The notes beneath the pieces were generated by a model. That model saw nothing but the letters and a program-made list of their open reading frames with translations, had not been told where the DNA came from and did no database searches. This document shows, in pieces, positions 13,217 through 26,700 of a stretch of DNA of 64,000 bases (within the stretch, counting starts at the first letter, position 1; every line of letters starts with the position of its first letter). Origin of the DNA: Auanema rhodensis (Eukaryota > Animalia > Nematoda); NCBI GenBank assembly GCA_964057225.1, contig OZ059897.1:1426001-1490000 (forward strand), read 5' to 3'. The translations under genes were made by a program, and so were the position numbers.

Positions 13217-16200
13217 CTCTGAAGAATTAATTTTTTCGTTGAATAACATTGTCCATCGTCTTCGCCTTGAGAAAAGGAATCTAAGAACATCTAGTTTTTG
13301 TAAAATTATCTTGAAATTTTTTGGGGAAATTTTTGTCAAAATGTTTTTGGAAGCAATGTTGAGTGTACATGGAAACTCAACATACACTAATGCATCATTT
13401 TTCAAACAATCATAAATAATTTTTGTATTGAGCGTTTCTCAATGTTATATAGTGCATTCGATGCGGATTTCTAAGCTGCGTCGATCTGTGTTATCAGATT
13501 TGCCTAGCTTAAAAATGCACCGAGATATCAACTGATATAAGTTCACACTTATATCCTCGATTTTCACCCTGAAGAATTAATTTTTTCGTTGAATAAAATT
13601 GTCCATCGTCTTCGCAATAAGAAAAGAAATCTAAGAACATCTAGTTTTTGTAAAATTATCTTGAAATTTTTTGGGGAAATTTTTGTCAAAATGTTTTTGG
13701 AAGCAATGTTGAGTGTACATGGAAACTCAACATACACTAATGCATCATTTTTCAAACAATCATAAATAATTTTTGTATTGAGCGTTTCTCAATGTTATAT
13801 AGTGCATTCGATGCGGATTTCTAAGCTGCGTCGATCTGTGTTATCAGATTTGCCTAGCTTAAAAATGCACCGAGATATCAACTGATATAAGTTCACACTT
13901 ATATCCTCGATTTTCACCCTGAAGAATTAATTTTTTCGTTGAATAAAATTGTCCATCGTCTTCGCAATAAGAAAAGAAATCTAAGAACATCTAGTTTTTG
14001 TAAAATTATCTTGAAATTTTTCTTGAAAATTTTTGTCAAAATGTTTTTGGAAGCAATGTTGAGTGTACATGGAAACTCAACATACACTAATGCATCATTT
14101 TTCAAACAATCATAAATAATTTTTGTATTGAGCGTTTCTCAATGTAGTATAGTGCATTCGATGCGGATTTTCAAGCTGCGTCGATCTGTGTTATCAGATT
14201 TGCGCTAGCTTAAAAATGCACCGAGATATCAACTGATATAAGTTCACACTTATATCCTCGATTTTCACCCTGAAGAATTAATTTTTTCGTTGAATAAAAT
14301 TGTCCATCGTCTTCGCAATAAGAAAAGGAATCTAAGAACATCTAGTTTTTGTAAAATTATCTTGAAATTTTTCGGGAAAATTTTTGTCAAAATGTTTTTG
14401 GAAGCAATGTTGAGTGTACATGGAAACTCAACATACACAAATGCATCATTTTTCAAACAATCATAAATAATTTTTGTATTGAGCGTTTCTCAATGTTATA
14501 TAGTGCATTCGATGCGGATTTCTAAGCTGCGTCGATCTGTGTTATTAGATTTGCGCTAGCTTAAAAATGCACCGAGATATCAACTGATATAAATTCACAC
14601 TTATATCCTCGATTTTCACCCTGAAGAATTAATTTTTTCGTTGAAAAACATTGTCCATGGTCTTCGCCTTAAAAAAAGGAAATTAGAAACATTTACTTTC
14701 TGTAAAATTATCTTGAAATTTTTCGGGATAATTTTTGTCAAAATGTTTTTGGAAGCAATGTTGAGTGTACATGGAAACTCAACATACACTAATGCATCAT
14801 TTTTCAAACAATCATAAATAATTTTTGTATTGAGCGTTTCTCAATGTTATATAGTGCATTCGATGCGGATTTCTAAGCTGCGTCGATCTGTGTTATTAGA
14901 TTTGCGCTAGCTTAAAAATGCACCGAGATATCAACTGATATAAGTTCACACTTATATCCTCGATTTTCACCCTGAAGAATTAATTTTTTCGTTGAATAAA
15001 ATTGTCCATCGTCTTCGCAATAAGAAAAGGAATCTAAGAACATCTAGTTTTTGTAAAATTATCTTGAAATTTTTCGGGAAAATTTTTGTCAAAATGTTTT
15101 TGGAAGCAATGTTGAGTGTACATGGAAACTCAACATACACAAATGCATCATTTTTCAAACAATCATAAATAATTTTTGTATTGAGCGTTTCTCAATGTTA
15201 TATAGTGCATTCGATGCGGATTTCTAAGCTGCGTCGATCTGTGTTATTAGATTTGCGCTAGCTTAAAAATGCACCGAGATATCAACTGATATAAATTCAC
15301 ACTTATATCCTCGATTTTCACCCTGAAGAATTAATTTTTTCGTTGAAAAACATTGTCCATGGTCTTCGCCTTAAAAAAAGGAAATTAGAAACATTTACTT
15401 TCTGTAAAATTATCTTGAAATTTTTCGGGATAATTTTTGTCAAAATGTTTTTGGAAGCAATGTTGAGTGTACATGGAAACTCAACATACACTAATGCATC
15501 ATTTTTCAAACAATCATAAATAATTTTTGTATTGAGCGTTTTTCAATGTAGTATAATGCATTCGATGCGGATTTTTAAGCTGCGTCGATCTGTGTTATCA
15601 GATTTGCACTAGCTTAAAAATGCACCGAGATATCAACTGATATAAGTTCACACTTATATCCTCGATTTTCACCCTGAAGAATTAATTTTTTCGTTGAAAA
15701 ACATTGTCCATGGTCTTCGCCTTCAAAAAAGGAAATTAGAAACATTTACTTTCTGTAAAATTATCTTGAAATTTTTCGGGATAATTTTTGTCAAAATGTT
15801 TTTGGAAGCAATGTTGAGTGTACATGGAAACTCAACATACACTAATGCATCATTTTTCAAACGATCATAACTAATTTTTGTATTGAGCGTTTCTTAATGT
15901 AGTATAGTGCATTCGATGCGGAATTTTAAGCTGCGTCGATCTGTGTTATCAGATTTGAGTTAGCTTAAAAATGCACCGAGATATCAACTGATATAAGTTC
16001 ACACTTATATCCTCGATTTTCACCCTGAAGAATTAATTTTTTCGTTGAAAAACATTGTCCATGGTCTTCGCCTTAAAAAAAGGAAATTAGAAACATTTAC
16101 TTTCTGTAAAATTATCTTGAAATTTTTCGGGATAATTTTTGTCAAAATGTTTTTGGAAGCAATGTTGAGTGTACATGGAAACTCAACATACACTAATGCA

Positions 16201-19177
16201 TCATTTTTCAAACGATCATAACTAATTTTTGTATTGAGCGTTTCTTAATGTTGTATAGTGCATTCGATGCGGATTTTTAAGCTGCGTCGATCTGTCTTAT
16301 CCGATTTGCGCTAGCTTAAAAATGCACCGAGATATCAACTGATATAAGTTCACACTTATATCCTCGATTTTCACCCTGAAGAATTAATTTTTTCGTTGAA
16401 TAACATTGTCCATCGTCTTTGCCTTAAAAAAAAGAATCTAAAAACATCTACTTTTTGTAAAATTATCTTGAAATTTTTTGGGGAAATTTTTGTCAAAATG
16501 TTTTTGGAAGCAATGTTGAGTGTACATGGAAACTCAACATACACTAATGCATCATTTTTCAAACAATCATAAATAATTTTTGTATTGAGCGTTTATCAAT
16601 GTAGTATAGTGCATTCGATGCGGATTTTTAAGCTGCGTCGATCTGTGTTATCAGATTTGAGTTAGCTTAAAAATGCACCGAGATATCAACTGATATAAGT
16701 TCACACTTATATCCTCGATTTTCACCCTGAAGAATTAATTTTTTCGTTGAAAAACATTGTCCATGGTCTTCGCCTTAAAAAAAGGAAATTAGAAACATTT
16801 ACTTTCTGTAAAATTATCTTGAAATTTTTCGGGATAATTTTTGTCAAAATGTTTTTGGAAGCAATGTTGAGTGTACATGGAAACTCAACATACACTAATG
16901 CATCATTTTTCAAACAATCATAAATAATTTTTGTATTGAGCGTTTTTCAATGTAGTATAATGCATTCGATGCGGATTTTTAAGCTGCGTCGATCTGTGTT
17001 ATCAGATTTGAGTTAGCTTAAAAATGCACCGAGATATCAACTGATATAAGTTCACACTTATATCCTCGATTTTCACCCTGAAGAATTAATTTTTTCGTTG
17101 AAAAACATTGTCCATGGTCTTCGCCTTAAAAAAAGGAAATTAGAAACATTTACTTTCTGTAAAATTATCTTGAAATTTTTCGGGATAATTTTTGTCAAAA
17201 TGTTTTTGGAAGCAATGTTGAGAGTACATGGAAACTCAACATACACTAATGCATCATTTTTCAAACAATCATAAATAATTTTTGTATTGAGCGTTTCTCA
17301 ATGTGGTATAGTGCATTCGGAACAAATGTTTAAGCTGCGTCGATCTGTGTTATCAGATTTGCGCTAGCTTAAAAATGCACCGAGATATCAACTGATATAA
17401 GTTCACACTTATATCCTCGATTTTCACCCTGAAGAATTAATTTTTTCGTTAAATAACATTGTCCATCGTCTTCGCCTCGAAAAAAGAAATCTAAAAACAT
17501 CTACTTTTCGTAAAATTATCTTGAAATTTTTCAGGAAAATTTTTGTCAAAATGTTTTTGGAAGCAATGTTGAGTGTACATGGAAACTCAACATACACTAA
17601 TGCATCATTTTTCAAACGATCATAACTAATTTTTGTATTGAGCGTTTCTTAATGTTGTATAGTGCATTCGATGCGGATTTTTAAGCTGCGTCGATCTGTC
17701 TTATCCGATTTGCGCTAGCTTAAAAATGCACCGAGATATCAACTGATATAAGTTCACACTTATATCCTCGATTTTCACTCTGAAGAATTAATTTTTTCGT
17801 TGAATAACATTGTCCATCGTCTTCGCCTTGAGAAAAGGAATCTAAAAACATCTAGTTTTTGTAAAATTATCTTGAAATTTTTTGGGGAAATTTTTGTCAA
17901 AATGTTTTTGGAAGCAATGTTGAGTGTACATGGAAACTCAACATACACTAATGCATCATTTTTCAAACAATCATAAATAATTTTTGTATTGAGCGTTTCT
18001 CAATGTTATATAGTGCATTCGATGCGGATTTCTAAGCTGCGTCGATCTGTGTTATCAGATTTGCCTAGCTTAAAAATGCACCGAGATATCAACTGATATA
18101 AGTTCACACTTATATCCTCGATTTTCACCCTGAAGAATTAATTTTTTCGTTGAATAAAATTGTCCATCGTCTTCGCAATAAGAAAAGAAATCTAAGAACA
18201 TCTAGTTTTTGTAAAATTATCTTGAAATTTTTCGGGAAAATTTTTGTCAAAATGTTTTTGGAAGCAATGTTGAGTGTACATGGAAACTCAACATACACTA
18301 ATGCATCATTTTTCAAACAATCATAAATAATTTTTGTATTGAGCGTTTCTCAATGTAGTATAGTGCATTCGATGCGGATTTTCAAGCTGCGTCGATCTGT
18401 GTTATCAGATTTGCGCTAGCTTAAAAATGCACCGAGATATCAACTGATATAAGTTCACACTTATATCCTCGATTTTCACCCTGAAGAATTAATTTTTTCG
18501 TTGAAAAACATTGTCCATGGTCTTCGCCTTAAAAAAAGGAAATTAGAAACATTTACTTTCTGTAAAATTATCTTGAAATTTTTCGGGAAAATTTTTGTCA
18601 AAATGTTTTTGGAAGCAATGTTGAGTGTACATGGAAACTCAACATACACAAATGCATCATTTTTCAAACAATCATAAATAATTTTTGTATTGAGCGTTTC
18701 TCAATGTTATATAGTGCATTCGATGCGGATTTCTAAGCTGCGTCGATCTGTGTTATTAGATTTGCGCTAGCTTAAAAATGCACCGAGATATCAACTGATA
18801 TAAATTCACACTTATATCCTCGATTTTCACCCTGAAGAATTAATTTTTTCGTTGAATAACATTGTCCATCGTCTTCGCCTTAAGAAAAGGAATCTAAAAA
18901 CATATACTTTTCGTGAAATTATCTTGAAATTTTTCGGGAAAATTTTTGTCAAAATGTTTTTGGAAGCAATGTTGAGTGTACATGGAAACTCAACATACAC
19001 TAATGCATCATTTTTCAAACAATCATAAATAATTTTTGTATTGAGCGTTTCTCAATGTGGTATAGTGCATTCGAAACAAATGTTTAAGCTGCGTCGATCT
19101 GTGTTATCAGATTTGCGCTAGCTTAAAAATGCACCGAGATATCAACTGATATAAGTTCACACTTATATCCTCGATTT

Positions 19178-20581
19178 TCACCCTGAAGAATTAATTTTTT
19201 CGTTGAATAACATTGTCCATCGTTTTCGCCTTGAAAAAAGGAATCTAAAAACATCTACTCTTCGTTAAATTATCTTGAAATTTTTCGGGAAAATTTTTGT
19301 CAAAATCTTTTTGGAAGCAATGTTGAGTGTACATGGAAACTCAACATACACTAATGCATCATTTTTCAAACAATCATAAATAATTTTTGTATTGAGCGTT
19401 TTTCAATGTGGTATAGTGCATTCGAAACAAATGTTTAAGCTGCGTCGATCTGTGTTATCAGATTTGCGCTAGCTTAAAAATGCACCGAGATATCAACTGA
19501 TATAAGTTCACACTTATATCCTCGATTTTCACCCTGAAGAATTAATTTTTTCGTTGAATAACATTGTCCATCGTTTTCGCCTTGAAAAAAGGAATCTAAA
19601 AACATCTACTCTTCGTTAAATTATCTTGAAATTTTTCGGGAAAATTTTTGTCAAAATGTTTTTGGAAGCAATGTTGAGTGTACATGGAAACTCAACATAC
19701 ACTAATGCATCATTTTTCAAACAATCATAAATAATTTTTGTATTGAGCGTTTCTCAATGTGGTATAGTGCATTCGAAACAAATGTTTAAGCTGCGTCGAT
19801 CTGTGTTATCAGATTTGCGCTAGCTTAAAAATGCACCGAGATATCAACTGATATAAGTTCACACTTATATCCTCGATTTTCACCCTGAAGAATTAATTTT
19901 TTCGTTGAATAACATTGTCCATCGTTTTCGCCTTGAAAAAAGGAATCTAAAAACATCTACTCTTCGTTAAATTATCTTGAAATTTTTCGGGAAAATTTTT
20001 GTCAAAATCTTTTTGGAAGCAATGTTGAGTGTACATGGAAACTCAACATACACTAATGCATCATTTTTCAAACAATCATAAATAATTTTTGTATTGAGCG
20101 TTTTTCAATGTGGTATAGTGCATTCGAAACAAATGTTTAAGCTGCGTCGATCTGTGTTATCAGATTTGCGCTAGCTTAAAAATGCACCGAGATATCAACT
20201 GATATAAGTTCACACTTATATCCTCGATTTTCACCCTGAAGAATTAATTTTTTCGTTGAATAACATTGTCCATCGTTTTCGCCTTGAAAAAAGGAATCTA
20301 AAAACATCTACTCTTCGTTAAATTATCTTGAAATTTTTCGGGAAAATTTTTGTCAAAATGTTTTTGGAAGCAATGTTGAGTGTACATGGAAACTCAACAT
20401 ACACTAATGCATCATTTTTCAAACAATCATAAATAATTTTTGTATTGAGCGTTTCTCAATGTGGTATAGTGCATTCGAAACAAATGTTTAAGCTGCGTCG
20501 ATCTGTGTTATCAGATTTGCGCTAGCTTAAAAATGCACCGAGATATCAACTGATATAAGTTCACACTTATATCCTCGATTT
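19178..20581. repeat. 2-monomer (702 bp) local duplication of subtype H
   Basis: CAAAATCTTT SNP at 19307 and 20009. Confidence 0.85.
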
Positions 20582-20932
20582 TCACCCTGAAGAATTAATT
20601 TTTTCGTTGAATAACATTGTCCATCGTCTTCGCCTTAAAAAAAAGAATCTAAAAACATCTACTTTTTGTAAAATTATTTTGAAATTTTTTGGGGAAATTT
20701 TTGTCAAAATGTTTTTGGAAGCAATGTTGAGTGTACATGGAAACTCAACATACACTAATGCATCATTTTTCAAACAATCATAAATAATTTTTGTATTGAG
20801 CGTTTATCAATGTAGTATAGTGCATTCGATGCGGATTTTTAAGCTGCGTCGATCTGTGTTATCAGATTTGAGTTAGCTTAAAAATGCACCGAGATATCAA
20901 CTGATATAAGTTCACACTTATATCCTCGATTT

Positions 20933-23738
20933 TCACCCTGAAGAATTAATTTTTTCGTTGAAAAACATTGTCCATGGTCTTCGCCTTAAAAAAAGGAAAT
21001 TAGAAACATTTACTTTCTGTAAAATTATCTTGAAATTTTTCGGGATAATTTTTGTCAAAATGTTTTTGGAAGCAATGTTGAGAGTACATGGAAACTCAAC
21101 ATACACTAATGCATCATTTTTCAAACAATCATAAATAATTTTTGTATTGAGCGTTTCTCAATGTGGTATAGTGCATTCGGAACAAATGTTTAAGCTGCGT
21201 CGATCTGTGTTATCAGATTTGCGCTAGCTTAAAAATGCACCGAGATATCAACTGATATAAGTTCACACTTATATCCTCGATTTTCACCCTGAAGAATTAA
21301 TTTTTTCGTTAAATAACATTGTCCATCGTCTTCGCCTCGAAAAAAGAAATCTAAAAACATCTACTTTTCGTAAAATTATCTTGAAATTTTTCAGGAAAAT
21401 TTTTGTCAAAATGTTTTTGGAAGCAATGTTGAGTGTACATGGAAACTCAACATACACTAATGCATCATTTTTCAAACGATCATAACTAATTTTTGTATTG
21501 AGCGTTTCTTAATGTTGTATAGTGCATTCGATGCGGATTTTTAAGCTGCGTCGATCTGTCTTATCCGATTTGCGCTAGCTTAAAAATGCACCGAGATATC
21601 AACTGATATAAGTTCACACTTATATCCTCGATTTTCACTCTGAAGAATTAATTTTTTCGTTGAATAACATTGTCCATCGTCTTCGCCTTGAGAAAAGGAA
21701 TCTAAGAACATCTAGTTTTTGTAAAATTATCTTGAAATTTTTTGGGGAAATTTTTGTCAAAATGTTTTTGGAAGCAATGTTGAGTGTACATGGAAACTCA
21801 ACATACACTAATGCATCATTTTTCAAACAATCATAAATAATTTTTGTATTGAGCGTTTCTCAATGTTATATAGTGCATTCGATGCGGATTTCTAAGCTGC
21901 GTCGATCTGTGTTATCAGATTTGCCTAGCTTAAAAATGCACCGAGATATCAACTGATATAAGTTCACACTTATATCCTCGATTTTCACCCTGAAGAATTA
22001 ATTTTTTCGTTGAATAAAATTGTCCATCGTCTTCGCAATAAGAAAAGAAATCTAAGAACATCTAGTTTTTGTAAAATTATCTTGAAATTTTTCGGGAAAA
22101 TTTTTGTCAAAATGTTTTTGGAAGCAATGTTGAGTGTACATGGAAACTCAACATACACTAATGCATCATTTTTCAAACAATCATAAATAATTTTTGTATT
22201 GAGCGTTTCTCAATGTGGTATAGTGCATTCGAAACAAATGTTTAAGCTGCGTCGATCTGTGTTATCAGATTTGCGCTAGCTTAAAAATGCACCGAGATAT
22301 CAACTGATATAAGTTCACACTTATATCCTCGATTTTCACCCTGAAGAATTAATTTTTTCGTTGAAAAACATTGTCCATGGTCTTCGCCTTAAAAAAAGGA
22401 AATTAGAAACATTTACTTTCTGTAAAATTATCTTGAAATTTTTCGGGATAATTTTTGTCAAAATGTTTTTGGAAGCAATGTTGAGAGTACATGGAAACTC
22501 AACATACACTAATGCATCATTTTTCAAACAATCATAAATAATTTTTGTATTGAGCGTTTCTCAATGTGGTATAGTGCATTCGGAACAAATGTTTAAGCTG
22601 CGTCGATCTGTGTTATCAGATTTGCGCTAGCTTAAAAATGCACCGAGATATCAACTGATATAAGTTCACACTTATATCCTCGATTTTCACCCTGAAGAAT
22701 TAATTTTTTCGTTAAATAACATTGTCCATCGTCTTCGCCTCGAAAAAAGAAATCTAAAAACATCTACTTTTCGTAAAATTATCTTGAAATTTTTCAGGAA
22801 AATTTTTGTCAAAATGTTTTTGGAAGCAATGTTGAGTGTACATGGAAACTCAACATACACTAATGCATCATTTTTCAAACGATCATAACTAATTTTTGTA
22901 TTGAGCGTTTCTTAATGTTGTATAGTGCATTCGATGCGGATTTTTAAGCTGCGTCGATCTGTCTTATCCGATTTGCGCTAGCTTAAAAATGCACCGAGAT
23001 ATCAACTGATATAAGTTCACACTTATATCCTCGATTTTCACTCTGAAGAATTAATTTTTTCGTTGAATAACATTGTCCATCGTCTTCGCCTTGAGAAAAG
23101 GAATCTAAGAACATCTAGTTTTTGTAAAATTATCTTGAAATTTTTTGGGGAAATTTTTGTCAAAATGTTTTTGGAAGCAATGTTGAGTGTACATGGAAAC
23201 TCAACATACACTAATGCATCATTTTTCAAACAATCATAAATAATTTTTGTATTGAGCGTTTCTCAATGTTATATAGTGCATTCGATGCGGATTTCTAAGC
23301 TGCGTCGATCTGTGTTATCAGATTTGCCTAGCTTAAAAATGCACCGAGATATCAACTGATATAAGTTCACACTTATATCCTCGATTTTCACCCTGAAGAA
23401 TTAATTTTTTCGTTGAATAAAATTGTCCATCGTCTTCGCAATAAGAAAAGAAATCTAAGAACATCTAGTTTTTGTAAAATTATCTTGAAATTTTTCGGGA
23501 AAATTTTTGTCAAAATGTTTTTGGAAGCAATGTTGAGTGTACATGGAAACTCAACATACACTAATGCATCATTTTTCAAACAATCATAAATAATTTTTGT
23601 ATTGAGCGTTTCTCAATGTAGTATAGTGCATTCGATGCGGATTTTCAAGCTGCGTCGATCTGTGTTATCAGATTTGCGCTAGCTTAAAAATGCACCGAGA
23701 TATCAACTGATATAAGTTCACACTTATATCCTCGATTT
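20933..23738. repeat. 4-monomer (1403 bp) local duplication A-C-D-E
   Basis: ORF variants at 20933/22336, 21284/22687, 21635/23038 and 21985/23388 are identical in order. Each copy includes the 350-bp monomer. Confidence 0.85.
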
Positions 23739-26700
23739 TCACCCTGAAGAATTAATTTTTTCGTTGAATAAAATTGTCCATCGTCTTCGCAATAAGAAAA
23801 GGAATCTAAGAACATCTAGTTTTTGTAAAATTATCTTGAAATTTTTCGGGAAAATTTTTGTCAAAATGTTTTTGGAAGCAATGTTGAGTGTACATGGAAA
23901 CTCAACATACACAAATGCATCATTTTTCAAACAATCATAAATAATTTTTGTATTGAGCGTTTCTCAATGTTATATAGTGCATTCGATGCGGATTTCTAAG
24001 CTGCGTCGATCTGTGTTATTAGATTTGCGCTAGCTTAAAAATGCACCGAGATATCAACTGATATAAATTCACACTTATATCCTCGATTTTCACCCTGAAG
24101 AATTAATTTTTTCGTTGAATAACATTGTCCATCGTCTTCGCCTTAAGAAAAGGAATCTAAAAACATATACTTTTCGTGAAATTATCTTGAAATTTTTCGG
24201 GAAAATTTTTGTCAAAATGTTTTTGGAAGCAATGTTGAGTGTGCATGGAAACTCAACATACACTAATGCATCATTTTTCAAACAATCATAAATAATTTTT
24301 GTATTGAGCGTTTCTCAATGTGGTATAGTGCATTCGAAACAAATGTTTAAGCTGCGTCGATCTGTGTTATCAGATTTGCGCTAGCTTAAAAATGCACCGA
24401 GATATCAACTGATATAAGTTCACACTTATATCCTCGATTTTCACCCTGAAGAATTAATTTTTTCGTTGAATAACATTGTCCATCGTTTTCGCCTTGAAAA
24501 AAGGAATCTAAAAACATCTACTCTTCGTTAAATTATCTTGAAATTTTTCGGGAAAATTTTTGTCAAAATCTTTTTGGAAGCAATGTTGAGTGTACATGGA
24601 AACTCAACATACACTAATGCATCATTTTTCAAACAATCATAAATAATTTTTGTATTGAGCGTTTTTCAATGTGGTATAGTGCATTCGAAACAAATGTTTA
24701 AGCTGCGTCGATCTGTGTTATCAGATTTGCGCTAGCTTAAAAATGCACCGAGATATCAACTGATATAAGTTCACACTTATATCCTCGATTTTCACCCTGA
24801 AGAATTAATTTTTTCGTTGAATAACATTGTCCATCGTTTTCGCCTTGAAAAAAGGAATCTAAAAACATCTACTCTTCGTTAAATTATCTTGAAATTTTTC
24901 GGGAAAATTTTTGTCAAAATGTTTTTGGAAGCAATGTTGAGTGTACATGGAAACTCAACATACACTAATGCATCATTTTTCAAACAATCATAAATAATTT
25001 TTGTATTGAGCGTTTCTCAATGTGGTATAGTGCATTCGAAACAAATGTTTAAGCTGCGTCGATCTGTGTTATCAGATTTGCGCTAGCTTAAAAATGCACC
25101 GAGATATCAACTGATATAAGTTCACACTTATATCCTCGATTTTCACCCTGAAGAATTAATTTTTTCGTTGAATAACATTGTCCATCGTTTTCGCCTTGAA
25201 AAAAGGAATCTAAAAACATCTACTTTTCGTAAAATTATCATGAAATTTTTCAGGAAAATTTTTGTCAAAATGTTTTTGGAAGCAATGTTGAGTGTACATG
25301 GAAACTCAACATACACTAATGCATCATTTTTCAAACGATCATAACTAATTTTTGTATTGAGCGTTTCTTAATGTTGTATAGTGCATTCGATGCGGATTTT
25401 TAAGCTGCGTCGATCTGTCTTATCCGATTTGCGCTAGCTTAAAAATGCACCGAGATATCAACTGATATAAGTTCACACTTATATCCTCGATTTTCACCCT
25501 GAAGAATTAATTTTTTCGTTGAATAACATTGTCCATCGTCTTCGCCTTAAAAAAAAGAATCTAAAAACATCTACTTTTTGTAAAATTATCTTGAAATTTT
25601 TTGGGGAAATTTTTGTCAAAATGTTTTTGGAAGCAATGTTGAGTGTACATGGAAACTCAACATACACTAATGCATCATTTTTCAAACAATCATAAATAAT
25701 TTTTGTATTGAGCGTTTATCAATGTAGTATAGTGCATTCGATGCGGATTTTTAAGCTGCGTCGATCTGTGTTATCAGATTTGAGTTAGCTTAAAAATGCA
25801 CCGAGATATCAACTGATATAAGTTCACACTTATATCCTCGATTTTCACCCTGAAGAATTAATTTTTTCGTTGAAAAACATTGTCCATGGTCTTCGCCTTA
25901 AAAAAAGGAAATTAGAAACATTTACTTTCTGTAAAATTATCTTGAAATTTTTCGGGATAATTTTTGTCAAAATGTTTTTGGAAGCAATGTTGAGAGTACA
26001 TGGAAACTCAACATACACTAATGCATCATTTTTCAAACAATCATAAATAATTTTTGTATTGAGCGTTTCTCAATGTGGTATAGTGCATTCGGAACAAATG
26101 TTTAAGCTGCGTCGATCTGTGTTATCAGATTTGAGCTAGCTTAAAAATGCACCGAGATATCAACTGATATAAGTTCACACTTATATCCTCGATTTTCACC
26201 CTGAAGAATTAATTTTTTCGTTAAATAACATTGTCCATCGTCTTCGCCTCGAAAAAAGAAATCTAAAAACATCTACTTTTCGTAAAATTATCTTGAAATT
26301 TTTCAGGAAAATTTTTGTCAAAATGTTTTTGGAAGCAATGTTGAGTGTACATGGAAACTCAACATACACTAATGCATCATTTTTCAAACGATCATAACTA
26401 ATTTTTGTATTGAGCGTTTCTTAATGTTGTATAGTGCATTCGATGCGGATTTTTAAGCTGCGTCGATCTGTCTTATCCGATTTGCGCTAGCTTAAAAATG
26501 CACCGAGATATCAACTGATATAAATTCACACTTATATCCTCGATTTTCACCCTGAAGAATTAATTTTTTCGTTGAATAAAATTGTCCATCGTCTTCGCAA
26601 TAAGAAAAGAAATCTAAGAACATCTAGTTTTTGTGAAATTATCTTGAAATTTTTCGGGAAAATTTTTGTCAAAATGTTTTTGGAAGCAATGTTGAGTGTA

